Part shown: one piece after another, positions 1-11,019 of the stretch | Position numbering within the stretch: the first letter of the stretch is position 1 | How the letters are laid out: every line of letters begins with the position of its first letter | Source: Hypanus sabinus | Taxonomy: Eukaryota | Direction of reading: 5' to 3' | DNA length: 64,000 nt | Assembly: GCF_030144855.1 (NCBI RefSeq) | Contig: NC_082722.1 | Coordinates: 1,550,001-1,614,000 of the forward strand | The notes under the pieces: generated by a model | Database searches by the model: none | The model's input: only the letters and a program-made list of their open reading frames with translations | What the model was told of the DNA's origin: nothing | Made by a program: the position numbers and the translations under genes

Positions 1-310
1 AATGGGACGTGGAATTAAAATGTGTGGCCACTGGGAGATCCTGCTTTCTCTGGCGGACAGAGCGTAGGTGTTCAGCGAAACGGTCTCCCAGTCTGCATCA
101 GGCCTCACCAGTATATAAAAGGCCACACCGGGTGCACCGGACGCAGTATACCACACCAGCCGACTCACAGGTGAAGTTTTGCCTCACCTGGAAGGACTGT
201 CTGGGGCCCTGAATGGTGGTGAGGGAGGAAGTGTAAGGGCAGGTGTAGCACTTGTTCCAATTGCAAGGATAAGTGCCAGGAGGGAGTTTGGTGGGAAGGG
301 ATGGAAGACT
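1..310 (-). mobile_element. Penelope-like element, GIY-YIG endonuclease fragment (degenerate)
   Basis: Minus strand reads GTYPCNWNKCYTCPYT...FTCESAGVVYCVRCTRCGLLYTGEA*CRLGDRFAEHLRSV...PVATHFN. This matches a PLE GIY-YIG domain with an internal stop. Confidence 0.85.
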
Positions 311-624
311 ACATCTTTGGTGGGCAAGATGGTAAAACCCAGGCAGTCAAAACTCAGGTTTAGAGAGCCAAGGCTGAAAAAGAGGGACACTATGCGAAAC
401 CTCACTGCATCTCACTCAGAGTAATCAGTTGAGTGGCCTGCTTAGAAAAATTGGGCACAGTCATATTTTTTTTTGAAACAATTTGCAGTAACCATACTAG
501 AAATGTAAGGATATCGATTACAGATCAAGTCTCCTTTCTCATAACAAAGATGAGGGATGGCATAGTAAATGTCTTAAGCTTTTACAAAATTATTAGGCAA
601 TTCGATACAGAATGATTGAATGTA

Positions 625-1275
625 TGACCATAAGATAAAGGAGCAGAAGTAGGCTATTTGGCCCATCGAGTCTGCACTGTCATTCAATTGTGGGCTGATC
701 CAATTCTTCCAATCATCCCCACTTCCCTCCCTTCTCCCCATACCCTTTGATGCCCTGGCTAATCAAGAACCTATCTATCTCTGCCTTAATGCACCCAATG
801 AATTAGCCTCCACAGCCGCTTGTGGCAACAAATTCCACAGACTTACCACCCTCTGTCTAAAGTAATTTCTCTTCATCTCTGTTGTAAATGGACATCCTTC
901 AATCCTAAAGTTGTGTCCTCTTGTCCTTGACTCCTCTATCATGGGAAATAACTTCGTCATATCTAATCCTTTTAACATTCGGAATGTTTCTGAGATATGC
1001 CCCCTCTTTCTCCTGAACTCCAGGGAATACAGACTAAGAGCTGCCAGAAGTTCCTCATACGGTAACCCTTTCATTCCTGGAATCATTCTCGTGAATCTTC
1101 TTTGAACCCTCTCCAATGTCAGTATATTTTATCTAAAATAAGGAAACCAAAACAGCACACAATACTCTAAGTGTGGTCTTACGAGTGCCTTAGATCCTCA
1201 AATTCACATCCCTGCTCTTATGTTCTATACCTCCAGAAATGAATGGCAACATTGCATTTGCCTTCTTACCACTGA
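625..1275 (-). mobile_element. CR1 LINE 3' fragment
   Basis: ORF 775..1116 (LERVQRRFTRMIPG...YSLEFRR) is the CR1 ORF2 C-terminus, followed by the CR1 3' UTR. Confidence 0.85.
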
Positions 1276-1289
1276 CTCAACCTGGAGGT

Positions 1290-2465
1290 TATTTTCAGAA
1301 GGCATTCGATAAGGTGCCACATAGGAGATTGGTGAGTAAAATCAGAGCTCATGGCATTGGAGGCAGGGTTTCAACATGGATAGAAAACTGGTTGGCAGAT
1401 AGAAAGCAAAGGGTAGCAGTGAATGGGTGTTTCTCGGACTGGCTGGAGGTGACTGGTGGGGTACCACAGGGCTCTGTATTGGGACCACAGCTCTTTACAA
1501 TTTATGTCAACGATTTAGATGAGGGCATTGAAAACTATATCAGCAAGTTTGCTGACGATACTAAACTGGGTGGCAGTGTGACATGCGAAGAGGACATTAG
1601 GAGAATACAGGGAGACTTGGATAGGCTGGGTGAGTGGGCAGATACTTGGCAGATGTCATTCAATGTGAATAAATGTGAAGTTATTCACTTTGGAAGCAGG
1701 AACAAGAGGGCAGAGTATTGTCTGAATGGTGTAGAGTTAGGTAAGGGAGAAATGCAAAGAGACCTAGGAGTCCTAGTTCATCAGTCAATGAAGGTGAATG
1801 AGCAAGTGCAACAGGCAGTGAAGAGGGCAAATGGAATGTTGGCCTTTATTACAAGGGGAATTGAGTACAAGAGCAAGGATGTCCTTTTGCATTTGTACAG
1901 GGCCCTGGTGAGACCACACCAGGAATATTGTGTACAGTTTTGGTCTCCAGGTTTAAGGAAGGACATTCTGGCAATTGAAGTGCAGCGTAGGTTCACTAGG
2001 TTGATTCCTGGGATGGCAGGGCTGTCTTACGCAGAGAGATTGGAGAGATTGGGCATGTACACACTGGAATTGAGGAGATTGAGAGGGGATCTGATTGAAA
2101 CATTTAAGAGAATTAAAGGATCTGATAGGACTGAGGCAGGAAATGTTGGGAGAGTCCAGTACCAGAGCGCATGGATTGAGAATAAGAGGTCAGTTATTTA
2201 AAACAGAGTTGAGGAAAAACTTCTTCTCCCAGAGAGTTGTTGAGGTGTGGAATGCACTGCCTTGGAAGACGGTGGAGGCCAATTCTCTGGATGCTTTCAA
2301 GAAGGAGCTAGATAGATATCTGATGGATAGGGGAATCAAGGGATATGGGGACAAGGCAGGGACTGGGTGTTGATAGTGAATGATCAGCCATGATCTCAGA
2401 ATGGCGGTGCAGACTCGAGGGGCCGAATGGTCTACTTCTGCACCTATTGTCTATTGTCTATTGTT
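1290..2465 (+). mobile_element. 5'-truncated young CR1 LINE (RT C-terminal half, 3' UTR, (CTATTGT)n tail)
   Basis: ORF 1239..2201 has [10 protein letters not shown] and FADDTK and ends in ctattgtctattgtctattg. About 95% identical by eye to 40430-41600. Confidence 0.95.
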
Positions 2466-5400
2466 AACCTTTAGGGTATCCAGCACAAGGACTCCCAACT
2501 GCCTTTGCATCTCTGCATTTTGAATTCTCTCCCCATCTAAACAATAGTCTGGCCATTTATTTCTTCCACCAAAGTGCATTACCATACACTTTCCAACATT
2601 GTATTTCATTTGCTACTTCTTAGCCCATTTCCCTAATCTCTCCAAGTCTTTCTGCAGGCGCTCTGCTTCCAGAACACTACCCGTTCCTCCACCTATCTTT
2701 GTATCATCGGCAAATTTAGCTACAAATCCATTCATCCCCCAGTCCAAATCATTGACATAAATCACTAAAAGCAACCGTCTCAACCCTGACCCCTCTGAAC
2801 TTCACTGGCGACTGGCAGCCAGTCAGAATAGGATCCCTTTATTCCCATTCTGTTTTCTGCCGACCAGCCAATGCTCCACCCATGCTAGTAACTCTCCATG
2901 AGATCTTATCTTGCTAAGCAGCCTCATGTGCGGCACCTTGTCAAAGGCCTTCTGAAAATCTAAGAATCCAACATCTACTGCATCTCATTTGTCTACCCTG
3001 TTTGTAATTTCCTCAAAATATTACAGTAGGTTAGTCAGGCAGAATTTTCCTTTCAGAAAACCATGCTGGCTTTGGCCTATCTCGTCATGTGCCTCCAGGT
3101 ACTCCGTAATCTCATCCCTAACAATCGATTTCAACAACTTCCCAACCACTAATGTCAGGCTAACAGGTCTGTAGTTTCCTTTCTGCTGCCTCACACACTT
3201 CTTAAATAGCTGAGTAACATTTGCAATTTTCCAGTCATCCGGTACAATGCCAGAATCTATTCATTCTTGAAAGATCATTGTTAATGCCTCCACAGTCTCT
3301 CTAACTACTTACTTCAGAACCCAAGGGTGCATTCCATCAGGTCCAGGAGATTTATCCAACCTCAGACCATTAAGCTTTCTGAACACCTCAGTTGTAATTT
3401 TCACTGCGCAAGCTTCACTACCCTGACACTCTTGAATGTCCAGTATACTGCAGATGCCTTCCACTGTGAAGACTGATGCAAAATACACATTCAATTCCTC
3501 TGCCATCTCTGTGTCTTTCATTACAATATCTCCAGCATCATTTCCTATTGGTCCCATATCTACACTCAACTCTCTTTTACCCCTTATATACTTAAAAAAA
3601 AGCTTTTAGCATCTTCTTTGATATTAGTCACCAGAATTTTTCATAATTCATCTTTTCCTTCCTGATGACCTCCTTAGTTTCCTTCAGCAAGATCTTAAAA
3701 GCTTCCTAATCCTTGGTCTTGCCACTAGCTTTGGCTTCCTTGTATGCTGTCCATTTTGCTTTTACTTTGGCTCTGACCATTTGTCAGCCAAGGTAGTGTC
3801 TTTCTTCCATTCCAAAATTTCTTCTTATTTGGAATGTATCTGTCTCACACTTCCCACATTTTTTGCAGAATCTCCAGCCATTGCTGTTCTGCTGTCCTTC
3901 CTGCTAGTGTTCCTGTCCAGTCAACTTCAGCCAGTTCCCCTCTCATGCCATTGTAACTTCCTTTATTCCACTGAAATACTGACACATTGGAATTTAGTTT
4001 CTCCTTCTCAAATTTCAACGTGAACTTGATCATATTGTGATCACTGTTTCCAAAGGGTTCCTTAAACTTGAACTCTCTTATCACCTCAAGTTCATTGCAC
4101 AACACCCAATCCAGCACAACCGATCCCGTGGTGGGCTCAACAACAAGCTGTTCTAATAAGCCATTCCTTAGACATTCTGAAAATTCTTCTCTTGAGGTCC
4201 AGTACTGGCCTGGTTTTGCCAATTCACTTTCATGTTAAAACCCCCAAAGACTATCATGACATCACATCTTTTCCATCTCCTGCTGTAATTTGTAATCCAC
4301 ATCTCGGCTGCCATTTGGAGACCTGTATACAACTGCCATTAGGGTCCTTTTACCCTTGTCATTTCTTAACAACCCATAGAGTCTCTACACCTTCTGATCC
4401 TATTTCATCCCTTTCTAATGATTTAATATTATTTCTTAATCACAACAACCCCTCTGCCTACTAACCTATCTTTCACTGTATATCCTTGGACATTCAACTC
4501 CCAATGGCAGCCATCCTTTAGCCAGGTTTCAGAGATGGCCACAACGTCATACTTCCCAATCTGTATCTGAATTTCAAGATCGTCCATTTTATTTCTTATG
4601 CTGCGAGCATTCAAATATAACACGTTCAGTCCAGTATTTGTTGCTTTCTGTTTTAACTGCACCACGCTTCTATTGCCCTGTAACTCATCCCACTGGCTGT
4701 GATTATGCCTCATCTCCTGCCTGTCCTTTCTATTATCTCTGTTGCATGCTGTCTTTGATTTATTTCTGTTTTCCCCTTCCTCAGCCATATAACTCCAGTT
4801 CCCATTCCCTTGCCAAATTCATGTAGATTCTCATGAACCCCTCTATTAAACTTGCCTGCTAGGGTATTGAATCCCTCTGGGTTCAGGTGTAACCCGTCCT
4901 TTTTGTACAACTTGCACCTCCCCCAGAAGTGGATCCAATGATCCAGGAACCCGAAGCCCTGCCCCCTACACCAGTCTCTCAGCCATGCATTAATATGCCT
5001 GATCATGCTATTCTTGCGCTCGCTAGCATGTGGCACAGGAAGCAATCCTGAGATTGCTACCCTGGGGGTCCTGCTTTTCAGCTTACTATCCAACTTCCTG
5101 TAATCTCTCTTCAGGACCTTCACCCATCTTCTACCTATGTCATTGGTACCAATGTATATCAAGACCTCTGGCTGCTTACCCTCTCCCTTCACAATACTCT
5201 GCACCCGATCCGAGACAACCCGTACCCTGGCACCCGGGAGGCAATACACCGTGCAGGTATCTCTATCAGGCTGACTTAACCTCCTGTCCATCCCCCTCAC
5301 TATGGAATCCCCTATGACTTCTGCATTCCTCATCTTCTTCTCTCCCTTCTGCACCACGGAACCACGGTCAGTGCCAGAGACCCGATCGCCGTGGTCGTCC

Positions 5401-5990
5401 TCTGTCAATTCACCCCCTCAAAGCGAGATAACGATTACTGAGGGGTATGGCCACAGGGGTGCTCTCTACTATCTGAGCTTTTCCCATCCCTTCTCTGACA
5501 GTCACCCACTTATCCATCTCTTGCCCACGTTCCCTAATAAGTTGTAGGTCATCAAGCCACATTTCCAGATCCCTAACACGGTTTGTCAGAAGGTGCATCT
5601 CGGTGCAGCTGGCGCAGATGTGGCCATCTGGGAGACTGGAAGTTTCCCAGGATTCGCACATCTGACACCCGGAGCAAAGTACTAACCCTACCGACATGCT
5701 CTCTGTTCCTCAAAAAATGCAAGGGAAGAAAAAAACGAAGTCCACTTACCTAGCTGAAGCCCGAATGATCCAAAGCCCTACCACTCTGCCTCAAACCACT
5801 GCTTTGATGACTCCGCTAGGCAAGGTCTCCCTTTTATGCCTGAACCTTCCCTGCTCACCAACTCAGGTTTGGCTCTCCGGTTACAGCCGAGTTCCCGCGA
5901 AGCTTTCCCCTTTCAAACTTCGCTCCCGGACCTGTCCGCCGCTATCTTTCCCGGAGCTCTCCAACCCACGATTGGTGCGCCGGTTATCGA
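2466..5990 (-). mobile_element. Degenerate CR1 LINE(s): ORF2 (APE endonuclease plus RT N-part), ORF1 (zinc/leucine-zipper plus SGNH esterase) and 5' UTR
   Basis: Fragmentary ORFs contain LYLNARSIRNK, SDHNMIKF, DKSPGPDGMHP, VIGDSIVRG, IGTNDIG and CSGCQMCE, with many stops and frameshifts. Confidence 0.9.
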
Positions 5991-6189
5991 TCAATACAGC
6001 ACTATACTGGCTCCTCGGCGCATTCTTTTTGTGCCGACACTGTACACTATTCAAAGATATTCTCCCACTTAACTCTCTCTCATTCCTTCATATCACAGTC
6101 TCTCTTAAATACTTCTAATAATTTGCCTGATAACTTCTAATAAGTTCCACGCACTTCCCATTCTTTTTTTTATAAGAATAATTACCTTC

Positions 6190-7460
6190 CTCACATCTCA
6201 TCTATTCTTTCTTCCAGTGGCCTTAAAATTATACCCCGTTGTATTAGCCATTTCTGCCCTGGAAAGTAAGTTCACTCTATTTATGCCTCTTAGCATTTTG
6301 TAAATCTTTATCACATAATCCCTCATGCTACTTCGCTCCAAAGAGAAACTTTCTAGCTCGCTTAACCTTTCCTCAAAAACCATGCTCTGTAATCCAGGCA
6401 CCATTTTTGTAAATCTCCCTGGCACCTTATTTAAAGCTACCAAATGCTTTCAATAACGAACCGACCAGAAGTAAGCAGAATATTAACAGTGTGGTCTAAT
6501 CAGAGTTTTATCGTGTTGCTGCATTACCTCGCGGCTGTTGAACTCAGTCCCCCAATTAATGAAAGTTATTACTTTTTTACCCACTCAATCGACAGGCACT
6601 GCAAAGTTGAGAGATCAATGAACGTTGACCCAAGGTACCTCTGCTCGACGGAAGTGACCTGATAGAGGTGTACAAGATGATGAGGGTGTACAAGATCGTG
6701 TGAATTCCCAGAGGCTTTTTCCCAGGGATGAAAGGCTAACACGATGGGGCATAGTTTTAATTTGCTTGGAAATAGTTATCGAGGGGCTGTCAGGGATAAG
6801 TTTTTCACACAGACAGTCGTCGGTGAGTGGAATGCACTGCCGGTGGCTTATGGAGGCGGAGACAATAGGGCCTTTTAAGAGCCTCTTAGATAGGTACATG
6901 AAGCTTAGAAAAATAGAGGGCTATGCGCTAGGGAAATTCTAGGCAGTCTCTACGGTGGATTACATGGTCGGCACAACATCTCTAATCTAGGTCTACTCTG
7001 TTATTGTTCCCTTGTAATCTGCCGTCAGGTTCAACTCCGACAGTGAACTACTTCACACTTCCCCGTGTTGTACTTCATGTGTCTCTTCTGAGCCTAGCTC
7101 TGCATCTTATCAATGTCCCTTCGAAACGTATGGTAAACTTCTACACCATCCACTCCATCACCAATCTTCGCGTCATCTGCAAGCTTACTAACCAATTCTC
7201 CCACTTCCTCATTCAAGCCATTTATAAAATTCCCAAAGAACAGGGACTCCAGAACAGATCCCCGTGGAACACCACAGGTTGCAGTCCTACAGGCAGAACA
7301 CACCCTGTCTGCTACCGCTCTCTGCCTTCTATCAGCAAGTCAATTCTGAACCGACTTTCCCACCATCCCATGCCTCTTGATTTTCCAAACGAGCCTACCG
7401 GTTGCCAAATGCCTGACTAAAACCCATATACACCACACCCACTGGCTAGCAACCTCATCC
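6190..7460. mobile_element. Mixed-orientation old CR1 fragments
   Basis: Minus ORFs 6198..6443 and 7094..7303 (GVPRGSVL, LADDAK) flank a plus-strand CR1 3' piece at about 6650-6960. Confidence 0.75.
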
Positions 7461-7648
7461 AGTAAGTCAGTGCTGCAGAAAGTCAACAGAAGCTCCAAAG
7501 ACCTTATCCCCGCGGGAGGAAAGCTCTCCGGGAGGGAAGATCTTCGCCCGCAAGTCGTATGAAGTCGCGTGGTGAAAATAGAAGCTCAAGGGCGACCAAC
7601 CTTCTACCAGCCCAGGATAGAGGGAGAGGGTGCAAACAGGATAACGTA

Positions 7649-7851
7649 CCGGGTGTTCCAAAATCCCTGGCCACCATTAAGCTTTGTGCACACAAGTTAG
7701 TTGGAATATCAGTACTTCCCAAAAAATGCAGCGACAGTTTGTGGGTCGGATGAATGGGATATGTTTTGTTGGATCACAGTGGCATTGCGAGAACCGAACA
7801 TGAACGGATTATTGGACATGGGCGACCTGCTGTCGACGGTCAATGCCCCGG
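7649..7851. repeat. Dispersed repeat copy A (possible MITE or non-autonomous DNA transposon relic)
   Basis: 7659-7816 aligns with 9196-9340 (7 mismatches, all transitions, in the first 61 nt). Copy A is flanked by TA (7647-7648, 7852-7853) and has 5-bp inverted CCGGG ends. Confidence 0.5.
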
Positions 7852-8111
7852 TAGGTGTGGAGGGATTAAAAAGACAAAGAAGAAGAAAACTCCATAGAAA
7901 GTTGAAAAAGAACTGTGCCAAAATCGTATTGAGAGTATGGAGTTACTGCGACTTAGCTAAAGGAGCTTAAACTGTGGCCCGCGCTGGCGTGCCGATATGC
8001 ACAATGTAGTCAGTTGTAACCTACTGGAATGCTTAAGGAATAGATAAAACTTCTCTCTCACTCTTTCTTTACCCACCTTCCTTTGCACGTTCAGCTAATT
8101 CAGATTCTTAC

Positions 8112-8222
8112 CTTTATTTTTCCTTGCAATACATCGCTTCACAATGAGAAAGACCAGCAATATAGATACCAAGCCGCTCGCTGCACATATGGAGATCATG
8201 ACATCATTGATAATACTCGCTC
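8112..8222 (-). CDS. Exon 4, connecting peptide, transmembrane helix and basic stop-transfer
   Basis: Acceptor atttccag|GA; donor AAAG|gtaag; 111 nt. Encodes [21 protein letters not shown] followed by KRCIARKNK. Confidence 0.9.
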
Positions 8223-11019
8223 CTGGAAATTTGAAATATATTAGATGCAAATGAAAGCTGTAGGCTGGTCATACTAATAAATCCCCTCGTCTTTGAAACT
8301 GACATAACATCTGAAATTTAGCCACTGTTTTAATTTCCGGTAAAGTAAAAATGTAGTAGACAGATAGACATTGGATTTCCTAAACCAATCCGGAAAAAAA
8401 TATATAAATCGGTCTCTCTGATTAATTACATTTAAAAATGTTTGCCAAAACGTACATTGCTTTCAGGTAAACACGAGGAAATCTGCAGATGCTGGAAATT
8501 CAAGCAACACACACAAAATGCTGATGGAACACAGCGGGCCAGGCAGCATCTATAGGGAGAAGCACTGTCGACGTTTCGGGCCGAGACCTTTCGTCAGGAC
8601 TAACGAAGGATCTCCGTCCGAAACGCCGATTGCTTTCAGGTGTCACTTTATGAGACTGCTAAATGCGCATAGTTCTGAGCCTTGTTGAATGGAACTTTCA
8701 ATATTTTTCATGTTTAACTTGCTCTCTTCCGGTATGCAGTACGCCATGCCAGATACAGGGAATGAAGAGTTGTGTTTCGACTTGGCGCGGACACTGGCCT
8801 GTGTATGCTTTCAACACCCCGTTCTGATTCACTTGACAATCAAAGCGGAACGGTAAAGTGATAGCTGTTAGCAGACTCTTGCTAATAGTATTTCTCTGGA
8901 AGCGAGCAACTCTTCGCCATTGTGACGCGGAAGCGGAAACAACGGTAGCATAGTTGCAACGAAGTTCATATAATTAAAATCAGAACAGGAGGAAAGGAAA
9001 CTGGAGATAAACTGGACAAATGAATTCAGACACCGTAATAGCAATGTGATCCACACATTTTTCAGAAGAAAACGTATAAAGAAGTACATATCAAGTGTCT
9101 GGAGAACATCCTCACATTATTATCATAAAGATTGTGGAGTTTGTGGCTTCATAGAGGGAGCGGATACAAATAGAACGATTGCGAACCCAGAATTTCAAAA
9201 TCCCTGGCTGCCATTAAGCTCTGTGCACGCAAATTAGTCGGGATATCAGTACTTCCACCCCGCCCCCCGCAATTTGGGGGCCAGATGGATGGGTTGTTTT
9301 GTTGGTAAGCGACAAGGTTGAACTTGAACGGATTATTGGAGGAAATTGACTTGGCAATTAAAGACGATCTGTTTCCTCTGGATATTAAACAGTACCATTT
9401 GTGTTCCTTTTCGCGTCTTGTGGCGCCTTTAGCATCTGTCAGTTCTCAACCTAACACGGATGGAAAGCACAGGGTTCCGACTGGATTCTAACCTGGGATC
9501 GAGGGCCGGAGCTGATGCCACCTCATCACCGGCCGGCAACACCAGTGTGTCTTAGGTTTAATATATTATACAAATCGGAGAAATCTTAAGAATAATTTAA
9601 TCAAGACACTAAACGCATTGCATTTTATGCTGGAGAAGGCAGCTTCCAAATAAATTGTATAAAGCTTATTTTGTATGTATTTAATAAGAACCTATTAGCG
9701 GTCACAGGGAAACCCAGCGAAAACGATTAAATGCGGAGATGGTTTAAAATTGGTTTATAGTTACCCGACTTTTTATGATAGTTGAGATCCATTGTCTCAC
9801 CTGTGCTGTAGTTGATGACGACGTAAGTGGCTAGAGCAGAAACCTGGAGGGTGACGTGAGATACCAGACAAGTGTAGACTGTCCCGGTTGGCACAGCCTG
9901 TGTCACTGACAATCTGCTGGAAGCTTCATAGAGCCCATCCGAAGTGCGGTTGGGAACAGTCGGATCGGTTGGAATTCTGGTGCCATCTTTATACCAGCTG
10001 AAACTGATATTCATTGGGTAAAAAGGAGATGCAGTGCACAGAAGAGCCAAGGTTTCCGTTTTCTCTGGATCTCCGGAGTAAATTTTCAGCGGAGCTGGAG
10101 GAACTAAGAGATGGTGGAATATACGAATGAATGGTTGTTTACGGTTAGCTTTATATTCTCAGCAATATCAGCGTTCGATGCTATTAACATAAAAGGCAAA
10201 CATTTAAGATTACAACGGCAGGAATTTAAGTTGCAATGGAGGAAAGTAGTGCTCGATAACTGTGACGGAGAAAATCGTCGATCAGTGGCGGCTGTACTTT
10301 AATTTCCCGCAACTTAAAGGGCTCCGGAATTTAACGTTGAAAAATGAATACATTAGCCAGATTTTAATTAATGTCTTTGAATACTCTTGTTTTATGTAGT
10401 CAACGCGTGCCGCTACGATCAATACTGTTATTCTATTTAAGAGACATTGTACAAAAGACAATATCGCAGTTGCAAGTTCGCATCAGCTGAATCGCCTCTA
10501 ATGTACCTACCCAAAACAACTAAAGTCGACCCGGTTCCGTTGCCAACCATTCTGCCCTGATGGGCGATGGTACAATAATAGACTCCCGCATCTTGCGGAC
10601 GCACGTTGACTATCTTCAGGAAGCCGCTGAATTTAGTACTGAAGTCGGCCAATTTTCTGGCGTCACGGTCTGGGATGATATATTTATTTTCACCCTTTTT
10701 CCACCAATATATGTCAACACGGGGACCCTCCGGAAAGGAAGAAAGGGAACAGTCAAAGGAAACGTTTTCACCCTTGACGATGTTGGCGATTGTAGGGACT
10801 TGTGTTACGTCGACAGAAGATTCAACTGACCCTAAATTAAAGAAAGACAAATCCGAATCAGTAAGAGACATTATAAGCAGTGTATACAATTGTAACGACA
10901 AACAAGGACAAACATAAAGAGATATCCAACAACTTTCATTCTGAAGAATGGGGAAGCCATTTACCTGTAAAATATATCATCCAAAGAAACAGACAGTGAG
11001 GTCCCACGCTGACCAGCAT
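8112..11019 (-). CDS. Spliced IgSF receptor gene, leader-V(J)-C1-TM; non-rearranging antigen-receptor-like (VJ-C1/PRARP/NKp30/SIRP-like); 3' cytoplasmic exon(s) not found
   Basis: Four exons with canonical GT-AG phase-1 junctions splice into one open frame: [31 protein letters not shown]...[28 protein letters not shown]...YTCLVSH...[41 protein letters not shown]. Confidence 0.9.
8469..8628 (-). mobile_element. Penelope-derived short element (pLTR/SINE-like) with hammerhead motif and inverted second motif, in intron 3 of the IgSF gene
   Basis: 13-bp TSD attgctttcaggt at 8456-8468 and 8629-8641. The body matches the pLTR that follows the PLE RT at 61090-61550. Confidence 0.85.
8566..8600 (-). 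ncRNA. Minimal type I hammerhead ribozyme motif
   Basis: Minus strand GTC-CTGACGA-A-AGGT-CTCG-GCCC-GAAA-CGTC-GAC: core CUGANGA/GAAA, palindromic ACGU stem III, GUC cleavage triplet, GTC/GAC stem I. One A.C mismatch at the base of stem II. Confidence 0.65.
9196..9340. repeat. Dispersed repeat copy B (direct repeat of 7659-7816)
   Basis: Shared blocks caaaatccctgg..ccattaagct..gtgcac..atatcagtacttcc and gaacggattattgga. Confidence 0.7.
9400..9535 (-). mobile_element. tRNA-derived SINE fragment
   Basis: Minus strand has A-box-like gtggcatcagc and B-box-like ggttagaatcc, then a gcgccacaagacgcgaaaaggaacac tail. Confidence 0.55.
9801..10103 (-). CDS. Exon 3, C1-set Ig domain
   Basis: Acceptor ccatctcttag|TT; donor ACAG|gtgag; 303 nt. 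Motifs [31 protein letters not shown] and YTCLVSH are typical of C1. Confidence 0.95.
10511..10831 (-). CDS. Exon 2, V-set Ig domain with germline-joined J-like G strand
   Basis: Acceptor tctttctttaatttag|GG; donor TTGG|gtaggt; 321 nt. Motifs [33 protein letters not shown] and [10 protein letters not shown] (GxG-S/T-x-L-x-V). Confidence 0.95.
10965..11019 (-). CDS. Exon 1, signal peptide [18 protein letters not shown](G)
   Basis: ATG at 11019; 18 codons plus 1 nt; donor ACAG|gtaaat; hydrophobic core; 133-nt intron to the V exon. Confidence 0.85.

Noticed and set aside
7775-7781. CACAGTG heptamer as a possible RSS
   Set aside because: No ACAAAAACC-like nonamer at 12 or 23 nt; it lies inside a dispersed repeat downstream of the TM exon, not next to V.
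7709-7921. ORF with a signal-peptide-like N-terminus (MAQFFFNFLWSFLLLCLF)
   Set aside because: The hydrophobicity comes from a pyrimidine-rich tract, it starts at a non-ATG codon, and it runs into the repeat.
8868-9089. Hydrophobic minus-strand ORF as the TM exon
   Set aside because: No phase-1 frame gives a proper TM; the exon at 8112-8222 has better splice sites and a clear helix.
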